Positions 10,501 to 20,422 of a stretch of DNA of 64,000 nt are shown one piece after another (position 1 is the first letter of the stretch; each line of letters opens with the position of its first letter). The notes beneath the pieces were generated by a model. The model ran no database searches. It had not been told where the DNA came from and saw only the letters and a program-made list of their open reading frames with translations. This stretch comes from Bacteroidota bacterium. Its GTDB lineage: Bacteria; Bacteroidota; Bacteroidia; Chitinophagales; Chitinophagaceae. The translations under genes and the position numbers were made by a program. Location: contig CANHGS010000003.1 in NCBI GenBank assembly GCA_947460595.1, positions 114,707 to 178,706 on the forward strand. The letters run 5' to 3'.

Positions 10501-10865
10501 GTAGCATAGCCCACCACTACAACATCGTTCAGGTTATTAATCTTGGCTTTCAAGGCTGCATTTACGGTATTGCCTTCACCAACCATCAATTCCACCATTT
10601 CATGGTTAATAGAATTAATTACTAGGGTTTGGCCCGTCTGTGCGTCAATGCTAAACCTACCAGCATCGTCCGTTTTAGTGCCGTTAGGCTTGTTTTTAAT
10701 GGTTATAGAAACTTCTGGAACTGGGTTTCCAGCTTCATCTGTGACCGTACCACTGATTTTACGGTTTTGTGCCATCACTAGTGTTGGCATAACTGATAGT
10801 AAGAGAAATACTGCCATGATTCGCATCATGCTACAGGATTTCCCAATTTGGAGGGCTAATCGCAT
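7596..10865 (-). CDS. susC: SusC/RagA TonB-dependent transporter
   Basis: VVVVGYATQKK..MTGSV, SPLVVIDG, ILKDAASASIYG, NPDLQWETT, C-terminal GINVNF; start set at ATG 10865 rather than the TTG at 10934. Confidence 0.95.
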   Translation of the reverse strand: MRLALQIGKSCSMMRIMAVFLLLSVMPTLVMAQNRKISGTVTDEAGNPVPEVSITIKNKPNGTKTDDAGRFSIDAQTGQTLVINSINHEMVELMVGEGNTVNAALKAKINNLNDVVVVGYATQKKVNMTGSVATISAKQIENRPVTNLSSSLAGLSSGVYVRQGSGQPGSDGASILIRGTGTLSSNSPLVVIDGIIGSMDAVNPLDVETISILKDAASASIYGSLAANGVILITTKKGQRNKTTVTYNGIFSTTNPMNMPNYNSNYSRHMQMINEGTTNIGQPSIFAASTIRAWDSTSLIPDQLNAIGVPNRIAYPNTDWGDALFDNKVVQNHNISINGGSDKVNYLLSVGYLDNKGVMQNTGTKRYQIRANLDAKVAKWLTMGTQTFASTQTYDMGNTSSAFNFLGQTTPGVVPTYDGKYGFPHAQEESSTANAILAFLNNTAGSDRQSRFNTTLYAIVNLYKGLTFESRFNYQIRFGEYNSHSVPQERWNFATNEVKTFPGDPSTFSTYYSFDKVTQTTIDNVLRYTTKIGSNHEISALAGYNQMYYNSYNFNASKQGLIDYSITTLGSALLPTTTNGGESDYAMRSWFGRVNYAFKNKYLLEANMRYDGSSRFSPNTRWGLFPSVSAGWRIIDEKFMEGTKSWLSNLKIRGSWGKLGNNASGVYDWQSTYSTRLYSFNNVQSSGLAVGRIANPDLQWETTTTTNFGLDGSVLNNKLFFEFDLYQRLTNGILSTVPVPLTVGTASSPIVNAAEVKNSGYEITVGYRGKSGEFNYRVSGNYAYNTNQVTKYKGQLVEGYVTDATGAQVYQSNIGLVSAGGTNRILEGKKINEFRIYEVYKGSGTYNNADGTVNINGGPKDGMIRTPEDLAWAQAMITAGYKLLPSNAVRNNAIYYGDLIYADLNGDGQYGNSFDQKFTGTSTLPKYIFGFNVEMSWKSFDISMVWAGAAGFNYYWNDTYNNSSVRNGFALSNMVLDNHYFYNPLDAKDPRNNTNAKYTRLKSSDPQNTSVASDWWMHNASWIKLKNLQIGYNIPEKLAKKMLMSRARVYVSGENLLMITKYPGLDPEIGAGIGYPTMRQYALGINVNF

Positions 10866-10959
10866 AAACAATCGTTTTAGGTTGATTTGATTACTTAATC
10901 TACCCCTGCAAAAGCAAGGATAAATACTATTCAAAAATGAGCTAAGAAGTACAATAGGA

Positions 10960-11083
10960 AGGGGGAGATTCCTTTTTAAATAGGGGGGAAATCATAAAAA
11001 TTGGATTTTGGTTTCCTATTTAGGTTTGTTTTACCCAATATTCAGAAAAACACCCCCAATATTTTAGGATTGCCACCCTAGAT
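10960..11083. promoter_or_regulatory. Candidate HTCS operator repeats in the divergent susC/HTCS intergenic region
   Basis: CCCAATATT at 11034 and 11055 and CCCTAGAT at 11076 (21-bp period); AGGGGG at 10960 and 10982 in opposite orientation. Confidence 0.4.
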
Positions 11084-11134
11084 GCGTAAAGCACAGAGCA
11101 ACTATTCACTACTTTTATTCACATTTCTCCTAGA

Positions 11135-14100
11135 ATGCATGTAAAAAGAATCTTTAGTAGCCATTTAGTTTTATTGATTGGCTTCATTTGTATGATTTGT
11201 CCCCCTTCTTTGTTTGGACAAAATCAAGCATTTAGCCATGTAACTACTGAAAATGGCTTGAGTAGCAATGCTATTTTAACCATCAGTCAAGACGCTTCCG
11301 GATTTATTTGGTTGGGAACCGCCAATGGTATTAATAGGTATGATGGGAAAAATGTGAAACAATACTTGGTGCATGGCAAAAACCAAGAAGACAGGAGCTC
11401 AAATAACATTTTTTCCTTACATACTGATTTTGATGGGGTTTTATGGGCGGGCACTTATGGCGGATTACTGCGTTATGCTATTGAAAAAGATGCATTTGTG
11501 AGAGCACCCATCCCCGGCTTCAAGGGCGGAGAAGTTACTTTTATCTATAGCGACCAGAAAAAAAACCTTTGGGTAGGAAGTGCAAGGGGCTTATATCTTC
11601 TTTCAGCAGACCGGGATAGCACTAAAACCCAAGCATTTTTCCATTCAGATGAAAGTCCGTCTATTTCCAATAACTACATTAAATGCATTTACGAAGACCA
11701 TACCGGGGCCATCTGGGTTGGGACTAATGGCGGATTAACCCAAATGCAATATCGTGGTAACAATTGGCAATTCCAACAGTTTAAGCATATCCCAACGGAT
11801 AATAATAGCCTGAGTGCCAATTATATTACTAGCATCATGGAAGATGCACAACAAGGACTATGGATTGGCACACTAAACAATGGTTTAAATAAGTATAGCT
11901 ATAGCACAGGAAAATTTATTCGTTTTGTACATGATAGCAATAACCCTAATAGTATTATCAATAATAATATTAGACAAATTGCCATAGACCATACCGGAAA
12001 GCTTTGGATAGGAACGCAGGAAGGACTAAGCATCCTAAATCCGGTAAACTTACAAGTGGTATGGGTTCAACACAATCCAGCCAATAAAAACGGATTGAGT
12101 CAGAATTCCATTTATAGTGTCTTTCAAGATGCTCAGAAATCCATGTGGATTGGCACCTATTTTGGAGGAGCCAATATAAGTTTCTCTAGCAATACTATAT
12201 TTCAGATTATTCAAAATAATGGCACCCGTTCTATGCTTAGCAATAATGTGGTAAGTGGCATGGTAGAAGATGGTCATGCAGAACTTTGGATAGGCACAGA
12301 GGGCGGTGGATTAAATAGAATTTCAAAAAAGAATGGGAGTCTAACCGTTTTTAAAAACAATTTTAATCAACCCAATAGTATTAGTTCTAATTTGATTAAA
12401 TCTGTTTACAAAGACTTGGATGGACAGATCTGGGCGGGAACCGCGCATGGTGGTGGAGTGAATTTGTTTGACCCTCTAAGTCAAACCTTTAAGCGAATGT
12501 TATATGAAGAGAATTATGAATCTAATGAATCTTCAGCACATACAGAAATACAGTCTATTTATGAGGACCATCAGAAAAGGTTTTGGCTGGGTACCACCCA
12601 TGGTTTAAAATTCTACCATAGAAACGGAAAGGAATTAATAGCACTAGACAAAAATGTACTTACTGGCAAAGACCGGGATAAATTATTCAAGGACTATATA
12701 GTAGCCAAATCATTTTGTGAAGACAAATTTGGAAGATTATGGATAGGTATGAATTATGGGCTTTTTTTAATTGAGGGAAACAAGGTTAGAGAGATTTATA
12801 GTAAGGATGCTATCAATAGTATAGCTATAGATGACAAAGGCAAGCTATGGTTTGGATTAGACAATGGTGGTATTGCTTATTATGATGCTGAATTAGGAAG
12901 CTATGCGCATTATGCAAGTACAAGTGATTGGAACAAAAGAAAAGTGTTTGGCATTTTACCGGACAAAAATGGGAATCTGTGGTTGAGTACAGAAAAAGGT
13001 TTGGTGAGACTAAATCCAAGTGATGGTTCTAGTCAAACATTCACCATAACTGATGGTATTGCAGCAAATGAGTTTAATTATAATGCTTTTTTAAAAGACA
13101 GTCAAGGAATATTTTATTTTGGGGGCTACAATGGTATCACCAGCTTTATCCCAGAACAAATAGAAACCAACAAAACCATTGCTAAAATGGCATTTACTGG
13201 TTTAAAGATTTTTAACACTACTGTTAGAATCAATGATGAAATAGGAGTATTAAAGGAAAATATATCTAGGAGTAAGGAGATAGATCTTAAATATAACCAA
13301 AACGTTTTTACTATTGAATTTGCATTACTCAATTTTATCAAAAGCAATAAAAATAGATACCTATATCAATTGGAAGGATATGATAAAGAATGGATAGAAA
13401 CAGAGAATAATTACATTACCTATAGCAACCTTCCTTATGGCAATTATGTTTTGACCATTAAAGGTGCTAATAATGATGGAATTGGGGGAACGCCTATTAG
13501 CATCAAGATTAATATGCATCCACCTTTCTGGCTCACTTGGTGGGCTTATTGTATTTACGCTTGTAGTGTTTTGCTCATTTTACTCTTGGTATACCGATTT
13601 TATTTTTTCAGGGCCTTACTTGAAAAAGAAGAAGAATTGCACCAGGTGAAAATGAATTTTTTTACCAATGTTTCTCATGAAATTCTAACGCATTTAACCT
13701 TAATCATGGCTCCTATTGAGAAAATCAGCGAGAGCAACCAGCTAGATAGCCAAAACAAACAAAAACTACAACTTGTTAAGTCAAACACCAATCAACTATT
13801 AAGATTGGTTAGAGAGTTGATGGATTTTAGAAAAGCAGAAACCAATCATTTAAACTTAGAGATTGGCGCATATAATTTGATTGAATTCTTAGAGCAGATT
13901 TACCAAAATTTTCAGGAAGCAGCCTTGGCAAAAAGTATTCAGTTAAAATTTCAATATGATAGCACAAAGCTAACTGCCTATTTTGACCCACAACAATTAG
14001 AAAAGGTATTTTTTAATTTACTGAACAATGCCATTAAATTCACTCAGGAGGGTGGTTCGGTTAGCCTATCAGTAATGGAAACAGATAAGAGAATTCATGT

Positions 14101-15226
14101 AGAAGTTGCTGACAACGGAAGGGGTATACATCCTGAATATTTGGATAAGCTATTTACCAATTTTTTTCAAGTAGCAGATCATGGTATCCAAAATACCGGA
14201 TATGGCATAGGTTTAGCCCTTTCAAAGAATATTGTTGAAATGCACCATGGAGAAATTTCTGTAAAAAGTATTCCTGCCAATAAACAAGTTCAAGGGTATA
14301 CCAGTTTTACCGTAATTATAGTAAAGGGAAATAAACATTTTCAACAAAAAGAAATCATTGCTACCCAAACAGAAATTATTGAAGAAGCATCCAATAGGGT
14401 AGCCACAAAAAATTATCTAGAAACCCAAACTAACAACTTAGTAAAAACCAGATTCTCCTTGCTAATTGCAGAAGACAATCCAGACTTAAGTGAATTACTA
14501 GCAGAAACATTTGAAGAACAATATGAAATAATACTTTGTAAAAATGGTTTTGAGGCTTGGGAAAAGTCTATTATTGAAATTCCCGACCTAATATTAAGTG
14601 ATGTGATGATGCCTTTGATGGACGGATTTGAGCTATGCGAAAAATTAAAAACCGATGAAAGAACCTCACATATACCAATCATCTTACTCACGGCCAAGAC
14701 CACTCAGGATGATCAAATTGCAGGTTTAGAGAATGGGGCAGACAGTTATCTAACAAAGCCATTTAGTACAAAAGTATTGGAACTACATATTAGAAATTTG
14801 CTCACGCTCAGAGAAAATATGCGGCAGAAATTTGGCCTTCAGATAAGCAGTATCCCTTCTGCAAATGAACCTGCTGAAGAGAACAAGCACTTTATGAGCA
14901 CTGTAGATAGAGAATTTTATGATAAAGTGGTACAGTTGATTCATGAACATATGGAGGATCCAGAATTTGGCGTAGTTATGTTGTCTAGAAAAGTAGCCAT
15001 GAGTGCCCCCATCCTGTATAAAAAACTAAAAGCGGTATCAAACCTTTCTGTAAATGATTTTATCAAGCTCACCCGAATGAAAAAAGCCGCTGAATTACTT
15101 ATTAAAAAAGAGATGACCATTGCAGAAATTGCCTATCAAGTGGGATACAATGACCGCAAGTATTTTAGCAAAGAATTTAAAAAGCTATACGCTGTAACAC
15201 CCACAGAATTTATGCAGCAATCCTAA
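11135..15226 (+). CDS. Hybrid two-component sensor kinase / AraC response regulator
   Basis: 1363 aa; Reg_prop repeats (LWIGT), YYY domain, TM, HisKA (FFTNVSHE), HATPase (NLLNNAIKF, GYGIGL), receiver (SDVMMP), AraC HTH. Confidence 0.95.
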   Translation: MHVKRIFSSHLVLLIGFICMICPPSLFGQNQAFSHVTTENGLSSNAILTISQDASGFIWLGTANGINRYDGKNVKQYLVHGKNQEDRSSNNIFSLHTDFDGVLWAGTYGGLLRYAIEKDAFVRAPIPGFKGGEVTFIYSDQKKNLWVGSARGLYLLSADRDSTKTQAFFHSDESPSISNNYIKCIYEDHTGAIWVGTNGGLTQMQYRGNNWQFQQFKHIPTDNNSLSANYITSIMEDAQQGLWIGTLNNGLNKYSYSTGKFIRFVHDSNNPNSIINNNIRQIAIDHTGKLWIGTQEGLSILNPVNLQVVWVQHNPANKNGLSQNSIYSVFQDAQKSMWIGTYFGGANISFSSNTIFQIIQNNGTRSMLSNNVVSGMVEDGHAELWIGTEGGGLNRISKKNGSLTVFKNNFNQPNSISSNLIKSVYKDLDGQIWAGTAHGGGVNLFDPLSQTFKRMLYEENYESNESSAHTEIQSIYEDHQKRFWLGTTHGLKFYHRNGKELIALDKNVLTGKDRDKLFKDYIVAKSFCEDKFGRLWIGMNYGLFLIEGNKVREIYSKDAINSIAIDDKGKLWFGLDNGGIAYYDAELGSYAHYASTSDWNKRKVFGILPDKNGNLWLSTEKGLVRLNPSDGSSQTFTITDGIAANEFNYNAFLKDSQGIFYFGGYNGITSFIPEQIETNKTIAKMAFTGLKIFNTTVRINDEIGVLKENISRSKEIDLKYNQNVFTIEFALLNFIKSNKNRYLYQLEGYDKEWIETENNYITYSNLPYGNYVLTIKGANNDGIGGTPISIKINMHPPFWLTWWAYCIYACSVLLILLLVYRFYFFRALLEKEEELHQVKMNFFTNVSHEILTHLTLIMAPIEKISESNQLDSQNKQKLQLVKSNTNQLLRLVRELMDFRKAETNHLNLEIGAYNLIEFLEQIYQNFQEAALAKSIQLKFQYDSTKLTAYFDPQQLEKVFFNLLNNAIKFTQEGGSVSLSVMETDKRIHVEVADNGRGIHPEYLDKLFTNFFQVADHGIQNTGYGIGLALSKNIVEMHHGEISVKSIPANKQVQGYTSFTVIIVKGNKHFQQKEIIATQTEIIEEASNRVATKNYLETQTNNLVKTRFSLLIAEDNPDLSELLAETFEEQYEIILCKNGFEAWEKSIIEIPDLILSDVMMPLMDGFELCEKLKTDERTSHIPIILLTAKTTQDDQIAGLENGADSYLTKPFSTKVLELHIRNLLTLRENMRQKFGLQISSIPSANEPAEENKHFMSTVDREFYDKVVQLIHEHMEDPEFGVVMLSRKVAMSAPILYKKLKAVSNLSVNDFIKLTRMKKAAELLIKKEMTIAEIAYQVGYNDRKYFSKEFKKLYAVTPTEFMQQS

Positions 15227-15264
15227 ACAGATTCTGTTTGTTTTACTTTAAACATAGCATTACA

Positions 15265-16764
15265 CTACAAAGATTTTAGCCGCATATTTCTAAACTTCAC
15301 CACATCTCCATGACCCAAAAAACCAATATGTCCAGTAGTTCTCTTGAGACCAGGATGATCTTTATGGTCCATAGTGCCATTTTTTGATGCTTCAGCAATA
15401 TCGCCTTCTAAAATTATCACCCCATTGACTGTTACTTTTATAGCAGAACCATTGATGCTAATTTCTTCTGTATTCCATTGACCTGTTGCTTTTAAATAAC
15501 CACGCTTAGCAGGAATCACGCCATAGACAGAGCCATGGTATTGGTATTTTTCCAACGCCTTATATTTATCCGCTTCATTGTCCAATACCTGAATTTCCAT
15601 TCCTACATAAGCCGCATCACCTTCTAGTGGCGCGCGAATACCAATGCCATTATTGGCGCCTGCTGTAAGTAAGAATTCAAACCGATACACAAAATTGTCA
15701 AACTCCTCCTTGGTATACAAATTACCACCCTTGATTTCTGGATGAACTACCAAAGCTCCATCTTCTACCAAATAGCCAGCAGCATTACCTATCCATTGAT
15801 TGGTATTGGTTCCATCAAACAAGACTTTAAAACCCGCTTGTTTTTCAGCAGTAGTGATAACGCCAAGGGGAAGATTTCCTGCTGGTTTTACCAAGTCTGC
15901 TTCTACCAATTTTCTAGAAAGAATGGCGCTGTCTACCCCATGTAAAAAAGGAAATGCTTTTTCTAAACTGCTACTTACACTGGCTCCACTAATGCTGCTA
16001 TTCCCCAATGCCAATCTAGCCAAAGCATTAGCCACATCGCCACGCAATTCAGGATCCGCTAAAAACTGACCAATGTATTGAAAGCTTGCGGGATCATTGA
16101 TTTTAGAAGCTGCACTGAGGATATTTCTTTTAGTAGGCAAATCAGTTGTTGTGGTCATTGCTTTTTGCAATGCAGCTAGGTTTTGTTTCTCATAGCTATT
16201 TGAAAGGGCAATGGTTTTTGCAGGATTGACACCTTGATGATTCAAGGCAGCTTGCAATTGTTCTTTAATAGGAGATACCGCTATTGCCAATGCCTTGTTC
16301 AAAGCTGCAGTAGCTGCAGTAGAAGAAATACTTACCAAAGACCTTGCAGCCACACCCGCATATTCATTGTCTTGCAAATATGCTTCTAGTGCTTTAATGC
16401 CAGCGTCATCGCCCAGCAAACCAAGACGCTGAATCAAAAAATCCTTGGCATAGAATCCTTTAACTTGAGCCAAACCGGCAGACAAATTCAAAGCAGTTTT
16501 TTTACGCAAATCCCCATTAAGACTAGCCGCATTTACATAAGCATGCAAAGCATAGCTAGGTTTCAATTTTAGAGAATCAGTGTCAAGCATTACAAAAAAA
16601 TCCTTCCACTGTGCGGATTTCCACTGTTGCATGGTTTGCAAGGCAGGAGCGGCATCGGCCACACGCTGAAAAGGAAATACTGCAAGGGTTTGAGCAACGG
16701 TTTGTTTTTGGGCTTGCACCAATAAGCAACAAAATAATAAAGGAGCTATGAAAAATGTACGCAT
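15265..16764 (-). CDS. HEAT-repeat plus DUF1080 (3-keto-glycoside hydrolase/hydratase-like) protein
   Basis: Signal peptide, HEAT-like helical region, C-terminal FKVLFDG, EIQVLDN, HGSVYG, GQWNTEEI, GHIGFLGHG, FRNMRLK. Confidence 0.85.
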   Translation of the reverse strand: MRTFFIAPLLFCCLLVQAQKQTVAQTLAVFPFQRVADAAPALQTMQQWKSAQWKDFFVMLDTDSLKLKPSYALHAYVNAASLNGDLRKKTALNLSAGLAQVKGFYAKDFLIQRLGLLGDDAGIKALEAYLQDNEYAGVAARSLVSISSTAATAALNKALAIAVSPIKEQLQAALNHQGVNPAKTIALSNSYEKQNLAALQKAMTTTTDLPTKRNILSAASKINDPASFQYIGQFLADPELRGDVANALARLALGNSSISGASVSSSLEKAFPFLHGVDSAILSRKLVEADLVKPAGNLPLGVITTAEKQAGFKVLFDGTNTNQWIGNAAGYLVEDGALVVHPEIKGGNLYTKEEFDNFVYRFEFLLTAGANNGIGIRAPLEGDAAYVGMEIQVLDNEADKYKALEKYQYHGSVYGVIPAKRGYLKATGQWNTEEISINGSAIKVTVNGVIILEGDIAEASKNGTMDHKDHPGLKRTTGHIGFLGHGDVVKFRNMRLKSL

Positions 16765-16780
16765 AAAATAGTTTTGAAAA

Positions 16781-18058
16781 TTAGAAGGTCCAAGGATAAC
16801 GCATGGCAGGATTGATCATACTATTGGCTTGGGCATCGTTGATAAATTCCTGCTTCACCGGATCAAATTCCAGGGTTCTGCCCAATTGCAAGGCAATCTT
16901 ACCCATATTGATAATGGTGCAAGAACGGAACCCATTAGATTCATTAAGCGCAAAGGTTTTGCGGTATTTAACCGATTCTAAAAAGTCTGTAACCTGTGGC
17001 GCAGGATCAGGCATCAATGCTAATTTTTCCTTGAGGTTGGGAATGGTAGATTTAAAACCGTTAAAGAGTTTTCCATTGGGTCCTTCTATATAAGCTGTGT
17101 TGGGGTCTTTGGCTTCCCCATCTAGAATAATCTTACAACCGTCAGCATAAGTGTAGGTGATTTTTCTAAAAGTACCACAAGCATCTGGGTGCTGTTGTTC
17201 TGCATCCACTTCTACTTTTACAGGGCTAGTATCGTCCTTGCCTAAAAAATATTGAATGGGGTCAATATAGTGCTGACCCATATCGCCCAAGCCACCACCG
17301 TCATAATCCCAATATCCGCGGAAGGTTCCATGAACACGGTGCGCGTTATAAGGCTTATAGGGGGCGGGTCCTAGCCAACGGTCATAATCCAATTCTGCAG
17401 GTACCGCCTGCGTTTCCAATTGGGTTTTACCCACCCAATAAAATTTCCAGTCAAAGCCAGTGGTCTTACTCACGGTAACAGTTAAGGGCCAACCCAACAT
17501 ACCAGATTCCACTAATTTCTTAATGGGTTTAACGGTGGTATTCATCCCGTAAAAATTGTCTTCAAAACGGAACCAGGTATTCAACCGAAACATTCTTCCA
17601 TACTGTTGCACGGCTTCTACTACGCGCTTACCCTCACCAATAGTTCGGGTCATGGGTTTCTCACACCAAATATCTTTACCCGCTTTGGCAGCGTCAATGG
17701 CCATCATCCCATGCCAGTGGGGGGGAGTAGCAATATGAACAATATCTACTTCCGGAAGTGCAATCAATTCACGATGGTCATGAAAGGTTTTGATATTACC
17801 ACCCACCATTTGAGCCGCTTGGCTCAAGTGCTTACTATCTACATCGCAAACCGCCACTACCCTAGTTCCTGCATAAGGAATATGTCCGCGGCCCATGCCG
17901 CCTACCCCAATGATTCCTTTGGTTAATTGGTCACTAGGCGGAATAAATCCACGCCCCAATACATGACGGGGCACAATACTAATGCCTGCGGCGATGGCTG
18001 CTGCATTGCGCAGAAATTTTCTCCTGCTATTGGTTTTGTTGTTGATAGAGTCTTGCAT
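16781..18058 (-). CDS. Gfo/Idh/MocA NAD-dependent oxidoreductase with Tat-like signal
   Basis: SRRKFL signal; GIIGVGGMGRGH, ATPPHWH, CEKP, GGLGDMGQHYID; start at ATG 18058. Confidence 0.9.
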   Translation of the reverse strand: MQDSINNKTNSRRKFLRNAAAIAAGISIVPRHVLGRGFIPPSDQLTKGIIGVGGMGRGHIPYAGTRVVAVCDVDSKHLSQAAQMVGGNIKTFHDHRELIALPEVDIVHIATPPHWHGMMAIDAAKAGKDIWCEKPMTRTIGEGKRVVEAVQQYGRMFRLNTWFRFEDNFYGMNTTVKPIKKLVESGMLGWPLTVTVSKTTGFDWKFYWVGKTQLETQAVPAELDYDRWLGPAPYKPYNAHRVHGTFRGYWDYDGGGLGDMGQHYIDPIQYFLGKDDTSPVKVEVDAEQQHPDACGTFRKITYTYADGCKIILDGEAKDPNTAYIEGPNGKLFNGFKSTIPNLKEKLALMPDPAPQVTDFLESVKYRKTFALNESNGFRSCTIINMGKIALQLGRTLEFDPVKQEFINDAQANSMINPAMRYPWTF

Positions 18059-18199
18059 GATGGTCAACCATTCGTTTAATGAATCTGAAAAGCTAGAAAC
18101 AATTATAGCACTACAAAATAGCAAAAAAACAGCTTTATTGGCAGAAAACTATTAGACTAAATGCTAGTATCTTAGTGAGACGATTCTTGAAACTAGCTT

Positions 18200-20362
18200 A
18201 TGAGAAAAAGCCTATTCCCCTTTTTAATTTTTTGTTTGACACAAGTAATCACTGCTAAAGCCGAAGATGGCTATAGATTATGGTTGCGCTATGATAAAAT
18301 CAGTAACCCAACCCTGCTTCAAGATTATCAAAAAATGATGCAACATCTTTGGGTAGACGGGAATAGTCCCATGCTACAATCGGCCCAAAAGGAATTAACC
18401 ATGGGTCTGGGAGGCTTGCTTGGAAATCCCATCAACCAAGTAAACAGTATTCAAAACAATACGGTGATTATTGGCTCTGTGGAATCTTCCAAATTCATTG
18501 CCAATTTACATTTATCAGAAATACCCCGATTGGACAAAGAAGGATATCTGATAGTAAGTCTAACCATTGCAGGAAAAGCCTGTTTAGTGGTGGCCGCTAA
18601 AACAGATGTAGGAGCACTTTATGGCAGTTTTAAATTATTACAAGAATTGCAAACCCATCAATATTTTGGCAAGATGGTGATGGTGAGTAATCCCGCCATG
18701 CAATTGCGTATGTTGGATCATTGGGATAACCTGAATCGCACGGTAGAAAGGGGTTACGCGGGTTTTAGCATTTTCAAATGGCACCTCTTGCCCGGCTATA
18801 TAGACCAGCGTTATATTGATTATGCCAGGGCCAATGCCTCTATAGGAATTAATGGAACAGTAGTAAATAATGTGAATGCCAATTCACTGATGCTGAGCAA
18901 AGACTATTTGATCAAAGTGGCGGTGCTGGCAAACGTTTTTAGAAAATATGGGATTAAAACCTATCTCTCAGTTAAGTTTAGTTCACCCATTGAATTGGGT
19001 AAATTAAAAACGGCAGATCCACTAGACCCTGCGGTGATAGCTTGGTGGAAACAAAAGGCGGATGAAGTATACCAATACATACCAGACTTTGGTGGTTTTG
19101 TGGTCAAAGCCAATTCAGAAGGACAACCTGGGCCACAGAATTATCAGCGCACGCATGCAGACGGCGCCAATATGCTGGCAGATGCTTTAGCACCACATGG
19201 TGGCATTGTTATTTGGAGAGCATTTGTTTACAGTAATGAAACACCCGTTGATAGAACCAAACAAGCCTATCTAGAATTCAAACCCTTTGACGGACAGTTC
19301 AAGCCCAATGTAATTGTACAAGTAAAAAATGGCCCCTTGGATTTTCAACCAAGAGAACCTTTTCATCCACTCTTTGGTGGCATGCCCAAAACTCCTTTGA
19401 TGATGGAATTTCAGCTAACACAGGAATACTTAGGACAAGCCACACACTTGGTTTATGAAGCTCCATTAATGACTGAAGTATTAGATGCAGATACTTATGC
19501 CAATGGAGCTGGATCAACCGTTGCCAAAGTGGTCAATGGTTCCTTGGGAAAATTTGACCTGAATGGCATGGCGGGTGTAGCCAATATTGGAGACGATAGA
19601 AATTGGACCGGCCATCCCTTTGCGCAGGCCAATTGGTATGCTTATGGAAGAATGGCTTGGAATCCCTCACAGAATGCGGATAGGATAGCTGAAGATTGGA
19701 TCAAGATGAGTTGGAATACAGACTCCCAATTTGTGGCAAAGACCAAACAGATCATGATGGATTCTAGAAAAGTATTGGTACAATATATGACACCCTTGGG
19801 GCTGCACCATATTATGGGGGACGGACACCATTATGGACCATCGCCCTGGTCAGACCGTTTGGGCAGGGCCGATTGGAATCCTGTCTATTACCATCGCGCG
19901 GACAGCGCTGGCATTGGTTTTGAGAGAAGCAGCAAGGGTAGCAATGCACTGGAACAATGGGCGCCAGAAATTAGAAAGCTCTATGAAGACCCCAAGACCT
20001 GTCCAGAGGAATACCTGCTTTGGTTTCATCATGTAGCATGGAATTTTAAAATGAAATCAGGCAAGACTTTATGGGAGGAACTCTGTGCCAATTATTATGC
20101 GGGTGTAGAAGCTGTTAGGCAAACACAGAAAAAATGGGCTGCACAAAAATCTTTGGTAGATGAAGAAAGATTTGAACAAGTGCGCCAATTATTGTTGGTG
20201 CAAGAACAGGAAGCTATTTGTTGGCGCAATGCCTGTTTGCTCTATTTTGGCAGTTTCTCCAAAATGCCCCTACCAGCAGGTTATGAACAGCCAGACCATG
20301 ATTTAAAATATTATCAATCACTCAGATTCCCATTTGCACCAGGTAATGGGGGAAGCAATTAA
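18200..20362 (+). CDS. aguA: GH67 alpha-glucuronidase
   Basis: EDGYRLWLRY, RMLDHWDN...ERGYAG, NGTVVNNVNA, VKANSEGQPGP, QVKNGPLDFQPREP, EFQLTQEYLGQ. Confidence 0.93.
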   Translation: MRKSLFPFLIFCLTQVITAKAEDGYRLWLRYDKISNPTLLQDYQKMMQHLWVDGNSPMLQSAQKELTMGLGGLLGNPINQVNSIQNNTVIIGSVESSKFIANLHLSEIPRLDKEGYLIVSLTIAGKACLVVAAKTDVGALYGSFKLLQELQTHQYFGKMVMVSNPAMQLRMLDHWDNLNRTVERGYAGFSIFKWHLLPGYIDQRYIDYARANASIGINGTVVNNVNANSLMLSKDYLIKVAVLANVFRKYGIKTYLSVKFSSPIELGKLKTADPLDPAVIAWWKQKADEVYQYIPDFGGFVVKANSEGQPGPQNYQRTHADGANMLADALAPHGGIVIWRAFVYSNETPVDRTKQAYLEFKPFDGQFKPNVIVQVKNGPLDFQPREPFHPLFGGMPKTPLMMEFQLTQEYLGQATHLVYEAPLMTEVLDADTYANGAGSTVAKVVNGSLGKFDLNGMAGVANIGDDRNWTGHPFAQANWYAYGRMAWNPSQNADRIAEDWIKMSWNTDSQFVAKTKQIMMDSRKVLVQYMTPLGLHHIMGDGHHYGPSPWSDRLGRADWNPVYYHRADSAGIGFERSSKGSNALEQWAPEIRKLYEDPKTCPEEYLLWFHHVAWNFKMKSGKTLWEELCANYYAGVEAVRQTQKKWAAQKSLVDEERFEQVRQLLLVQEQEAICWRNACLLYFGSFSKMPLPAGYEQPDHDLKYYQSLRFPFAPGNGGSN

Positions 20363-20422
20363 AACCATGGAAGCTTATCAATAAAAATTTCTGCGTAATT
20401 TGGTAACTACTAAACTACGCTT

